From Candidatus Shapirobacteria bacterium (lineage in GTDB: Bacteria; Patescibacteriota; Microgenomatia; UBA12405), in assembly GCA_028704885.1 (NCBI GenBank), contig JAQWEN010000001.1:175172-220678 (forward strand): a DNA stretch of 45,507 nt. The letters are read 5' to 3'. The notes beneath the pieces were generated by a model. That model was given only the letters and a program-made list of their open reading frames with translations, was not told the DNA's origin and did no database searches. Both the position numbers and the translations under genes were made by a program. Of this stretch, positions 26,879 through 34,756 are shown in pieces; the first letter of the stretch is position 1, and each line of letters opens with the position of its first letter.

Positions 26879-28083
26879 GCTAAATTAGCTTTTGAACGAT
26901 AGTTTGATTTGGTTTTCAGCCAAAATTTGGATTGGCGGCAGATTCTATAAACATCAGAAGGATTTTTGAGAATTGATTTGACTAATTCCTCTAAGAAAAT
27001 AGTATTTTGAGAACCTTTGACCAAAATGGTTTCGCAGCCAGTAATTGTTTCTTTTAAAAATTCGGCGGCAGTCCACCAATTGACAAATTTTTGAGTTTTA
27101 TCACCAAAATATTTAGAGGTTTCTGGACCGACAGAAATAATTAAATCAGCTGATTTTAAGGCTTGATCATAAATTTTTCGATGTTCTTCTGGGGTGGCAT
27201 CACCAAGTTCGCGCATGTCGCCTAAAACAGCGATTTTTTTACTTTTAAAACTAGATAAAAACTTGAGTAATTCAGAACAAGCAATGGGAGAAGAGTTGTA
27301 AGAACTATCGATAATAGTGGTATTTTTAATGCCTTCTAAAATTGAAGAGCGGGACGGGGGAAGAGAAAAATTATCTTGAATATTTTTAACAGCTTCGTTG
27401 TAGTTAATATTAAAAATTTGAGCCAAGCTGAGGGCGGCGCCGAAACTGACTTGGTAAATATCAGGAAGATAAAAATTATCAAATCTAATTTTGGTGGGAG
27501 TAAGATTAATAATATTTTTATTTTGAGTGTATTTTTTGACTAGTTTGTCTTGATTATTAATAATGGCGATTTTGGCTTGGTTAACTAATTTGGCTTTTTC
27601 CCCAGCAATTTGGTCGAGAGAGTTAAATTTGTCGAGATGAACTGGACTAACATTTAAAAAAATAGCAATATTAGGTTTAACAACAGATAAAAGATAATCC
27701 ATATTTTTTGGCCAAGAAGCAGAGTCAATGCCCATTTCTAGAATTAAAATATCGTAGGATTGCCAATTAATGAGGTATTTAAGAGGAGAAAGAATAAGCA
27801 TTTTAAACCAGGCAAAAAAATTATAGTCATTAAGTTTAAGACCCAAAATACTTAAAGGTAATCCAGATTCAGAATTGCAATTGTTATTAGTTTTAATTTT
27901 GTATTTTTTTGGGAAAACAGATTGACAGGCAATTAAAGCCGAACTTTTACCTGCCGAACCAGTAATACCAATGATGTCTAATTGCTTACCTTTAATTTTT
28001 TGAAGAAACTTGACTTTAGAAAGTTGGAGTTTAGCAAAAAAACGAAGGTAATAGAGAATAAAAAGCGATATTTTTTGTTTCAC
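26875..28083 (-). CDS. murF: Mur ligase, MurF-like
   Basis: IGITGSAGKSS, LILEMG, H-containing NVSPVH, IIDSSYNSSP, AVLGDMRELG, ILVKGSQ. Confidence 0.82.
   Translation of the reverse strand: MKQKISLFILYYLRFFAKLQLSKVKFLQKIKGKQLDIIGITGSAGKSSALIACQSVFPKKYKIKTNNNCNSESGLPLSILGLKLNDYNFFAWFKMLILSPLKYLINWQSYDILILEMGIDSASWPKNMDYLLSVVKPNIAIFLNVSPVHLDKFNSLDQIAGEKAKLVNQAKIAIINNQDKLVKKYTQNKNIINLTPTKIRFDNFYLPDIYQVSFGAALSLAQIFNINYNEAVKNIQDNFSLPPSRSSILEGIKNTTIIDSSYNSSPIACSELLKFLSSFKSKKIAVLGDMRELGDATPEEHRKIYDQALKSADLIISVGPETSKYFGDKTQKFVNWWTAAEFLKETITGCETILVKGSQNTIFLEELVKSILKNPSDVYRICRQSKFWLKTKSNYRSKANLA
26894..26918 (+). repeat. Perfect 25-bp direct repeat, right copy (murF 3' end)
   Basis: GAACGATAGTTTGATTTGGTTTTCA, identical to 24301-24325. 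Confidence 0.95.
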
Positions 28084-28096
28084 TGCTTATAGTTTA

Positions 28097-28861
28097 TCAA
28101 TGAAATTGATTTTTTGTCTTAAGTTCTTCTATTTTAGATTTGATGTCGTCAAGAATGTAATATTTTGAAGATTTAAGATTAGGAAAAGCTCTGATTAATC
28201 TTTTATATTTTTGAGTGAAGTGTTTAAAAATCTCATTTTGTTTTTCAATTATTTCATTTTTAAAATGATTTAGTTCCAATTGATCGATTTTCTGATTTTT
28301 TAGTTGATTAAATTTTTCCAAAATATTTTTGAAGCCATAGAGGGAAATAATAGTGAAGATAAAATCGGCTAGAAAATATAAGAAAAGGACTGATGATAAA
28401 TAAAATGAAGTTTTAGAAATAATTAAGGAAACAAATTGGCTAATCGACGAATGAATAAAATAGAATAAAAATAGGCTTAAGAATCCCCAATAAATAGAAA
28501 ATTTTAAACAAATTTTGCCATCAAAATTATATTTTTCATCAGAATAATCCCACCAAGTAGTTTTGAAAATTGATTCTAAAACAAATCCAGTAAAATACTC
28601 AAGAGAGGAGGTAACGATGATGGCACCAATAAAAAAGAGAAAAGGAGAGTAGGCGATTGGACTAAGTAAAATAATTAAAGAAAGAACTCCAAAACCGTAA
28701 ATAGGACAAAATGGACCGAAAAGAAAACCGCGATTGACAAATTTTTTAGATTGGTAGCTCATATAGAGAACTTCGAGAAGCCAACCCAAAAAAGAGTAAA
28801 TAGTGAAGTAAAGTATTAATTGAGATAAGTAAAAACTGTTGACCATAATTAAGTGTATCAA
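28097..28861 (-). CDS. Putative ABC-transporter permease-like membrane protein (CmpB/type IV family)
   Basis: YSFLGWLLE, FVNRGFLFGPFCPIYGFG, LEYFTG, WWDYS, GKICLKFSIYWG. Confidence 0.8.
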   Translation of the reverse strand: MIHLIMVNSFYLSQLILYFTIYSFLGWLLEVLYMSYQSKKFVNRGFLFGPFCPIYGFGVLSLIILLSPIAYSPFLFFIGAIIVTSSLEYFTGFVLESIFKTTWWDYSDEKYNFDGKICLKFSIYWGFLSLFLFYFIHSSISQFVSLIISKTSFYLSSVLFLYFLADFIFTIISLYGFKNILEKFNQLKNQKIDQLELNHFKNEIIEKQNEIFKHFTQKYKRLIRAFPNLKSSKYYILDDIKSKIEELKTKNQFH

Positions 28862-28865
28862 TAAA

Positions 28866-28887
28866 AATCCCCCTCGAAAGGGGGATT
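28866..28887 (-). terminator. Intrinsic terminator after rplA
   Basis: AATCCCCCT-TTCG-AGGGGGATT, then a T run on the minus strand. Confidence 0.85.
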
Positions 28888-28909
28888 AATTAATTCTTAA
28901 AGAAATTGA

Positions 28910-29662
28910 TTAGGCGGTAATTTTCACTTTAACACAAGGACCAATAGTGGCACAGAGAGCTAGTTTTCTAATTTTATTAGCCTTGACAACTTTAATTAAT
29001 TCTTCAATGTTGGCAATAATTTCTTCATCTTTTTGAGAAATTTTACCGACAACAGTGTGAACAACTGGAGCTTTTTTTTCAGTTTTTAAAATAGTTTTGG
29101 CAACTGAAAGTTTTTTAAGAGACTCTTCTGGTTTGTCGGTTAAAGTGCCATTTTTGGGATTTGGCATTAAACCTTTTGGACCTAAAGTTTTAGCTAAAGG
29201 CAAAAGCTTTGGCATGGTAGAAGGAGTGGCAATTAAAATATCAAAATTAATTTTGCCATCTTTAATTTCAGCTAAAATAGTGTCATTTAGAATGACAACT
29301 TTTTTACTGGCGGTTTCGAGATGAGGAAAATTGATTTCGCCAACGTTGCCGATATCTAAAACGGTAATATGAGCTTCAACCTTACCTTCAAATTTAGAAA
29401 GAGAAGTTTCTTTGACTAATTTGACAGCCTCTTTGAGGGCATAATATTTATTAATATCGATTTTAGCTTTGGCGGCTAAATATTTCTTAGATCGCTTTTT
29501 GGCGACTTTTTTTGTGGTTTCGGTAGTTTCTTCGACTTGACTGGTTTCAACAGTTTCGGTTTCAGTTACGGCCTTTTGAGTATCGTCAGTTTTGACAATC
29601 TCTTCCACTTTGGTTTGTTCTTTGGCTTTTTTAGCCTTGTTTTCTTGAGTGGTTTTGCTCAT
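28910..29662 (-). CDS. rplA: 50S ribosomal protein L1 with low-complexity N-terminal extension
   Basis: RSKKY, KFEGKVE, LGPKGLMPNPKNGT, GPCVK; follows rplK. Confidence 0.93.
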   Translation of the reverse strand: MSKTTQENKAKKAKEQTKVEEIVKTDDTQKAVTETETVETSQVEETTETTKKVAKKRSKKYLAAKAKIDINKYYALKEAVKLVKETSLSKFEGKVEAHITVLDIGNVGEINFPHLETASKKVVILNDTILAEIKDGKINFDILIATPSTMPKLLPLAKTLGPKGLMPNPKNGTLTDKPEESLKKLSVAKTILKTEKKAPVVHTVVGKISQKDEEIIANIEELIKVVKANKIRKLALCATIGPCVKVKITA

Positions 29663-29666
29663 AGTT

Positions 29667-29706
29667 TAGTGCGCTAGAACGTTAGAGCTCTAGAGCTTTA
29701 GTTAAT
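29667..29706 (+). repeat. Octamer tandem repeat in the rplK-rplA spacer
   Basis: TAGTGCGC TAGAACGT TAGAGCTC TAGAGCTT TAGTTAAT. Confidence 0.8.
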
Positions 29707-29712
29707 AAATAA

Positions 29713-30138
29713 TTAGTTAATAATTTCAACACCCATGGATTTGGCGGTGCCAATAACTGATCTTTTGGCAGCTTCTAAATCTTTAGTATTCAAATCAATG
29801 ATTTTAGCTTTGGCAATTTGTTCAACTTGAGCCATGGTTAATTTACCAACTTTTTCTTTGCCAGTGGTGGCAGCACCTTTAGTAACTCCGGTCATTTTTT
29901 TAATCATGTCGGAAACTGGAGGTTGTTTAAGAATAAATTCGAAAGAACGATCTTCGAAGATGGTAATAACAGAAGGGATAATAGATCCACGCATTTCTTT
30001 GGTTCTTTCATTGAATTCATTACAGAAATCCATGATCTTGATACCCTGAGGACCAAGAGCAGTACCAACTGGAGGGGCTGGATTAGCGCCGCCGGCAGGA
30101 AGAGTAAGTTTAACGATTGTTTTTATTTTTTTAGCCAT
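29713..30138 (-). CDS. rplK: 50S ribosomal protein L11
   Basis: AGGANPAPPVGTALG, FCNEFNERT, FEDRSFEF, GTAKSMG. Confidence 0.98.
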   Translation of the reverse strand: MAKKIKTIVKLTLPAGGANPAPPVGTALGPQGIKIMDFCNEFNERTKEMRGSIIPSVITIFEDRSFEFILKQPPVSDMIKKMTGVTKGAATTGKEKVGKLTMAQVEQIAKAKIIDLNTKDLEAAKRSVIGTAKSMGVEIIN

Positions 30139-30144
30139 TTTGTT

Positions 30145-30183
30145 TAGTTCGCTAAAGCGTTAGAACGCTAGAGCTTAGTTAAT
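30145..30183 (+). repeat. Octamer tandem repeat in the nusG-rplK spacer
   Basis: TAGTTCGC TAAAGCGT TAGAACGC TAGAGCT TAGTTAAT. Confidence 0.8.
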
Positions 30184-30188
30184 TAATA

Positions 30189-30785
30189 TTAAAGTTCTTT
30201 AGAAACCTGTAAGAAATCGAGCTCAACTGGAGTTTCACGCTCGAAGATGGAAATCAAAACTCTAATTTTACCTTTTTCTTGATCGATAGATTCAATGGTG
30301 CCGATGAAATCAGCAAAAGGTCCATTGGTAATTTTGACAACATCGCCAATGGTAAAAGGAGTTTGAAATTTTGGTTTGTCTTCTTCAGTGGTTTGAAGAA
30401 TTTGATCTACTTCTTTTTGAGAAATAGGAGATGGAGTATTTTCAATACCAATGAAACCGGTAACACCTTGAGTGGTACGAACAGTAATCCAGGCGTCATC
30501 ATCCATAACCATTTGAACTAAAACATAACCAGGGAAGGTTTTTTCTTGAGATTTAACTTTTTGACCACGACGAATAACCATTTTACTTTGAATTGGGACA
30601 ATAGCTTGAAAGATTTTATCTTCCAAACCCATGGTTTTAATTCTGGTTTTTAAAGCTTCGATGGCTTTGTATTCGTGACCAGAGTAGGTATTAATGACAT
30701 ACCAGGCAGCATCGATGCTGGGTTCAAAAGTGGAGAGTTTAAATAAAAACTCTTTTTTGTTAGTTTTTTCAGATGTTTTTGGCAT
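30189..30785 (-). CDS. nusG: Transcription termination/antitermination protein NusG
   Basis: WYVINTYSGHE, FPGYVLVQM, VRTTQGVTGFIG, KOW motif GPFADF, IFERETPVEL. Confidence 0.97.
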   Translation of the reverse strand: MPKTSEKTNKKEFLFKLSTFEPSIDAAWYVINTYSGHEYKAIEALKTRIKTMGLEDKIFQAIVPIQSKMVIRRGQKVKSQEKTFPGYVLVQMVMDDDAWITVRTTQGVTGFIGIENTPSPISQKEVDQILQTTEEDKPKFQTPFTIGDVVKITNGPFADFIGTIESIDQEKGKIRVLISIFERETPVELDFLQVSKEL

Positions 30786-30787
30786 AA

Positions 30788-31066
30788 TTATTTTTTAGTT
30801 GTTCCAGTGGTAGAAGCGACCGTTGGAAGAGGATTAATTGAAGGCTCGGCTACTTGTTCAACAGTAGTTGAAGCCTGATTTTTAAAATTGCCAATTAGGG
30901 CGAAAGAATTGGTAAATAGATAATCAAAACCTCCTAAAATTAGGGAGATTACAATTGAGATTGATATTACCACAATTGTAAGCTGAATTAAAGTATCTTT
31001 TTTGGGCCAAGAGATAGTTTGAAAAATTTCTCGGACCTCTTTTAAAAATTTAATGATTTTTTGCAT
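30788..31066 (-). CDS. secE: Preprotein translocase subunit SecE
   Basis: FLKEVREIFQTISWPKK, TM helix, GGFDYLF; upstream of nusG. Confidence 0.9.
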   Translation of the reverse strand: MQKIIKFLKEVREIFQTISWPKKDTLIQLTIVVISISIVISLILGGFDYLFTNSFALIGNFKNQASTTVEQVAEPSINPLPTVASTTGTTKK

Positions 31067-31139
31067 GAAAGTATTATATCAGTTGCTTTTGTTTTCCGCG
31101 GAATAACTGCATAACTGATTTTTGATATATTTTGTTGTA

Positions 31140-31194
31140 TTGACTCACTCTAGTGGTAGTAGGTATGATGGATGTCATCCACTAGAGATAGTGT
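31140..31194 (+). promoter_or_regulatory. nrdR-nrdJ promoter with two NrdR-box-like sites
   Basis: TTGACT(31140)-18 bp-TATGAT(31164); CCACTAGAGATAGTGT at 31179-31194 and ACTCTAGTGGTAGTAG at 31147-31162, 32 bp apart. Confidence 0.75.
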
Positions 31195-31222
31195 TTTATC
31201 AATTATAATAAATCTAACAAAA

Positions 31223-31672
31223 ATGTTGTGCCCATATTGTGGTTTTGATGAATCCAATGTCTTAGAAAGCAGAGAGGCAGAGGAAGGAAAGGTAACTAGA
31301 AGACGAAGAGAATGTTTAAAGTGCAAAAAAAGATTTACAACCTATGAAAGAGTGGGCAGTATTGATTTAAAAGTAATTAAAAAAAGTGGCAAAGTAGAAG
31401 ATTATTCCCGAGAAAAATTGGAAAAATGTATTGATAAAGCTTGTTGGAAGATGACTGGCGAAGAAAAAAGCGGCTTAATTGATGAAATTGAAATGAAATT
31501 GCTTAATTGGCCAAGTGTGGAAATTCCTTCAAAGGAAATAGGAATGATGATTTTGGAAAAATTGAAAAATATTGATCCGATGGCATATATTCGTTTTGCC
31601 ACGGTTTATTTAGATATAAATGAAGTTAATGATTTTGAAAAACTTATTAGTAATTTTAAAAATAAAAAATGA
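31223..31672 (+). CDS. nrdR: Transcriptional repressor NrdR
   Basis: MLCPYCG, VLESR, RRRRECLKCKKRFTTYER, ATP-cone, AYIRFATVY. True start 31223, not 31172. Confidence 0.96.
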   Translation: MLCPYCGFDESNVLESREAEEGKVTRRRRECLKCKKRFTTYERVGSIDLKVIKKSGKVEDYSREKLEKCIDKACWKMTGEEKSGLIDEIEMKLLNWPSVEIPSKEIGMMILEKLKNIDPMAYIRFATVYLDINEVNDFEKLISNFKNKK

Positions 31673-34137
31673 CAGATCTAAGCAGACAAAATATAAATGA
31701 GAGTGAATTGTTAGAACCAAGTCTTTCGACTAACGCTAAATATATTGCGGAAACCAGATATTCAAGAAAGGATGAAGACGGCAAATCTCTAGAAACAGTT
31801 AAAGATATTTTTTGGAGGGTGGCTAGTAATGTGGCTAAGGGTGATAAAAATTTTGGAGCTAATGATCAACAAATTAATGATCAGGCAAAATCTTTTTATC
31901 AATTATTTGCAGAACAGAAATTTTTACCAAATACTCCTTGTTTGGTGAATGCCGGAAAAGCTAAACAACAATTGTCAGCCTGTTTTGTGTTGCCAATTGA
32001 TGATTCGATGGAATCAATTTTGGAAACCATGACCAATATGGCTTTGATTCATAAAAGCGGTGGAGGAACCGGTTTTTCTTTTTCCAGACTTCGACCCAGC
32101 GGTGACTATATTAAATCGAGTGGTGGCACAACTGTTGGTCCGGTTAGTTTTATGCAGGCCTATAACGATGTAACGGCTCAAATTAAACAGGGTGGAGTCC
32201 GACGCGGAGCTAATATGGGGATGTTGTCAATTGATCATCCAGATGTTTTGAGATTTGCAGTGGCTAAATTGGACGAGTGGAGTCTGACTAACTTCAATAT
32301 TTCTTTGGCAGTGACGAATGCTTTTATGGAAAAGATAGAAGCTGATAAGAAGTTTGTGGCTGATGATTCAATTCCAGAAGAAGCAGTCGAGGAAGTTAGA
32401 ATGGCAGAACAAATTAGAAGTGCTGATGAAAGATTAAGAGAAGTAGAAATGGGAGTTAAAAAGATATATGAATGGGCCAAAGCAACTCAGATCGGCGAAG
32501 GTTATGATTTGATAAATCCAAGAACGGGAACTGCGTCAATGAAATTGAATGCTTATAAAGTGTTTAATTTAATTACTAGATTAGCTTGGCAATTTGGAGA
32601 TCCAGGTTTAGTTTTTATCGACAGAATGAATGATTCAAGTTCTAATCCAATTCCTAGTATCGGGAGAATTGAAGCAACTAATCCTTGTGGAGAACAACCA
32701 CTTTTGCCTTATGATGCCTGTAATTTAGGAAGTGTGAATTTAAGTAAATTTGTAGAAGGGAATGATATTAATTGGAATGAATTAAAAGAAACAATAAAAA
32801 TTGGAGTTCATTTTCTGGATAATGTAGTGGAAATTAATGAATTTCCGGTTCAAAAAATTAGAGATATGGTAACTAGCACTAGAAGAATTGGAGTGGGAGT
32901 GATGGGTTTTGCTGATGCTTTGTTTAAATTGGGAGTGAAATATGATTCGGAAGATGGAATTGCCTGGGCGGAGAAAATAATGAAATTTGTAACTGAATCG
33001 GCCAGAGAAGCAACTTCTGAATTAGGAGTAACTCGGGGAGCTTTTCCGTTATGGGACAAAAGTGTCTATTTTAATACTGGTTACAAACCAAGAAATATGG
33101 CTTTGACGACGATTGCTCCAACTGGAACGATCAGTATGCTGGCCGACACAAGTTCAGGAATTGAACCAGTGTTTTCTTTGGGTTATCAAAAAAACACAGT
33201 TGAAGGAAAAACGCTTTACAGTGTCAGTCCAGTTTTGGTTGAAGAATTAAAGAAGAGAAATATATACAGTGAAGAATTAATTGAAAAAATTGTTAAAAAT
33301 GGAGGAATTTTAAAAGGAATTGAGGAAGTTCCAGAGGATTTAAAGTCGCTTTTCATTACGGCTTTGGAAATTGATCCAGAATGGCATATCAGAATTCAGG
33401 CAGCTTTCCAAAAATATACTGATAATGCAGTATCAAAAACTATTAACTTGCCAGAGGATGCAACGGTTGATGATGTTAGAAAAGCTTATTTAAAATCTTA
33501 TTCCTTGGGAACTAAAGGGATTACTATTTATAGAAGCGGGTCTCGATCTTTTGAACCAATGCAAAAGGTTAAAACTAAGGAAGAAAAAGTTGAGGAAAAA
33601 GTAGTGGTTTTGCCACCAAAGAAAAAAGTAACACCAATAATGGCCAGGGGGGTGAGGCTGAAGAAAAAATGTGATTTGGGCAATGTTTATACTTCAATTT
33701 TTTACGAGGCTGGAGATGGCCCTGTGGAAGTCTTTGTAAATTTGGGTAAAAGCGGTGGTTTTATGTCGGGAGCAGCTGAAGCAACCGGTAGATTAGCATC
33801 TTTGGCATTGAAATATGGAGCCAGTTTGGGTGAAATTGCTGATGAAATGGTGGGTATAGCTTGTGGTCAAAAAGTTGGTTTGGGACCGGGAACTGTTTTA
33901 AGTATGTTTGATGCCGTGGGTAAATCACTTTTGGAAGTTTCTCGAGGTGAACAACTAGATATATTTGCTTGTGAAAAAGACACTATTGATACCAAGGCGA
34001 TTGAAAGTATTAGAGTAAAACAGGCTGACTTGGAAAGTAAAGCAATTTCTTGTCCTGACTGTGGTTCACCATTACGGGCTGAAGAAGGCTGTTTTAAATG
34101 TACTAATGAATTTTGTGGTTATAGTAAATGTTCATAA
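31669..34137 (+). CDS. nrdJ: Class II (adenosylcobalamin-dependent) ribonucleotide reductase with C-terminal zinc ribbon
   Basis: FLPNTPCLVNAG, LSACFV, GGGTG, QGGVRRGANMG, TNPCGEQ, RRIGVGVMG, TIAPTGTIS, KGITIYRSGSR, C-terminal CPDC...CFKC...C. No small-subunit gene nearby. Confidence 0.92.
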   Translation: MTDLSRQNINESELLEPSLSTNAKYIAETRYSRKDEDGKSLETVKDIFWRVASNVAKGDKNFGANDQQINDQAKSFYQLFAEQKFLPNTPCLVNAGKAKQQLSACFVLPIDDSMESILETMTNMALIHKSGGGTGFSFSRLRPSGDYIKSSGGTTVGPVSFMQAYNDVTAQIKQGGVRRGANMGMLSIDHPDVLRFAVAKLDEWSLTNFNISLAVTNAFMEKIEADKKFVADDSIPEEAVEEVRMAEQIRSADERLREVEMGVKKIYEWAKATQIGEGYDLINPRTGTASMKLNAYKVFNLITRLAWQFGDPGLVFIDRMNDSSSNPIPSIGRIEATNPCGEQPLLPYDACNLGSVNLSKFVEGNDINWNELKETIKIGVHFLDNVVEINEFPVQKIRDMVTSTRRIGVGVMGFADALFKLGVKYDSEDGIAWAEKIMKFVTESAREATSELGVTRGAFPLWDKSVYFNTGYKPRNMALTTIAPTGTISMLADTSSGIEPVFSLGYQKNTVEGKTLYSVSPVLVEELKKRNIYSEELIEKIVKNGGILKGIEEVPEDLKSLFITALEIDPEWHIRIQAAFQKYTDNAVSKTINLPEDATVDDVRKAYLKSYSLGTKGITIYRSGSRSFEPMQKVKTKEEKVEEKVVVLPPKKKVTPIMARGVRLKKKCDLGNVYTSIFYEAGDGPVEVFVNLGKSGGFMSGAAEATGRLASLALKYGASLGEIADEMVGIACGQKVGLGPGTVLSMFDAVGKSLLEVSRGEQLDIFACEKDTIDTKAIESIRVKQADLESKAISCPDCGSPLRAEEGCFKCTNEFCGYSKCS

Positions 34138-34143
34138 ATAAAT

Positions 34144-34641
34144 ATGAGTGAAAGAGGAGACAAAGGATTAACTTGTGGAGAATGTTTACTGGATGTAAGT
34201 AAAGATTCTCCATTTGTGAAGTCAGTGGGAGGAATTGATGAATTTCAAGCCAGATTAGGCTCAGTAAGAGTAGTTTTGGAAGATAAAAAAGAAAAACAAA
34301 GGATTAAAAAAATTGAAGAGGATTTAGTTGAAGTGATGGGTAGCTTATACACTGGTAATGATTGGAAAAATGGAAACAAAAGGATAGGAGAATTGGATGA
34401 AGATATAGTCGCTTATCAAGGAAGAGTTGGAGATTTGAATGGATTTTTAATTCCAGGAGAAAATGAAATTGAAGTGAGGCTTAATTTATGTAGAACGGCT
34501 TGTAGAGAGGCAGAAACAAGATTGGTGACTTTAAAATTGGCTAGAGAAGTAGAAGAGGATTTGGATTTTGATGAAAATATATTGAAATATTTCAATAGAA
34601 CTTCCAAATTTTTATATTTTATGTGGAGGTCAAAATTTTAG
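34144..34641 (+). CDS. PduO-type ATP:cob(I)alamin adenosyltransferase-like protein (divergent)
   Basis: GDKGLT...SKDSP...GGIDEFQARLG, LCRTACREAETRLV, KYFNRTSKFLY; adjacent to nrdJ. Confidence 0.78.
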   Translation: MSERGDKGLTCGECLLDVSKDSPFVKSVGGIDEFQARLGSVRVVLEDKKEKQRIKKIEEDLVEVMGSLYTGNDWKNGNKRIGELDEDIVAYQGRVGDLNGFLIPGENEIEVRLNLCRTACREAETRLVTLKLAREVEEDLDFDENILKYFNRTSKFLYFMWRSKF

Positions 34642-34649
34642 TGATAGAA

Positions 34650-34756
34650 TAAGTTATTAAAGGGGAACCAGGTTAGAATCCTGGGCTGTGCCGCAACCGT
34701 AAAGCCGGATAACCAAAACCCACCACAGGCGGGTTAACTTTCGAGCAAGAGTAAAT
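34650..34756 (+). ncRNA. Compact (class II-like) cobalamin riboswitch
   Basis: GTTAT/ATAAC closing stem; GGGAA; CCAGG-TTAGAAT-CCTGG T-loop hairpin; GCTG-TGCCG-CAAC; AAGCCGG. Hairpin ACTTT-CGAGCA-AGAGT (34737-34752) lies just before the ATG, and its loop can pair with TGCCG. Confidence 0.82.

Noticed and set aside
31669-34137. Intein or intron in nrdJ
   Set aside because: The frame is continuous with intact NPCGEQ. The extra helical segment before YDLINPRTG lacks intein end residues and homing-endonuclease motifs.
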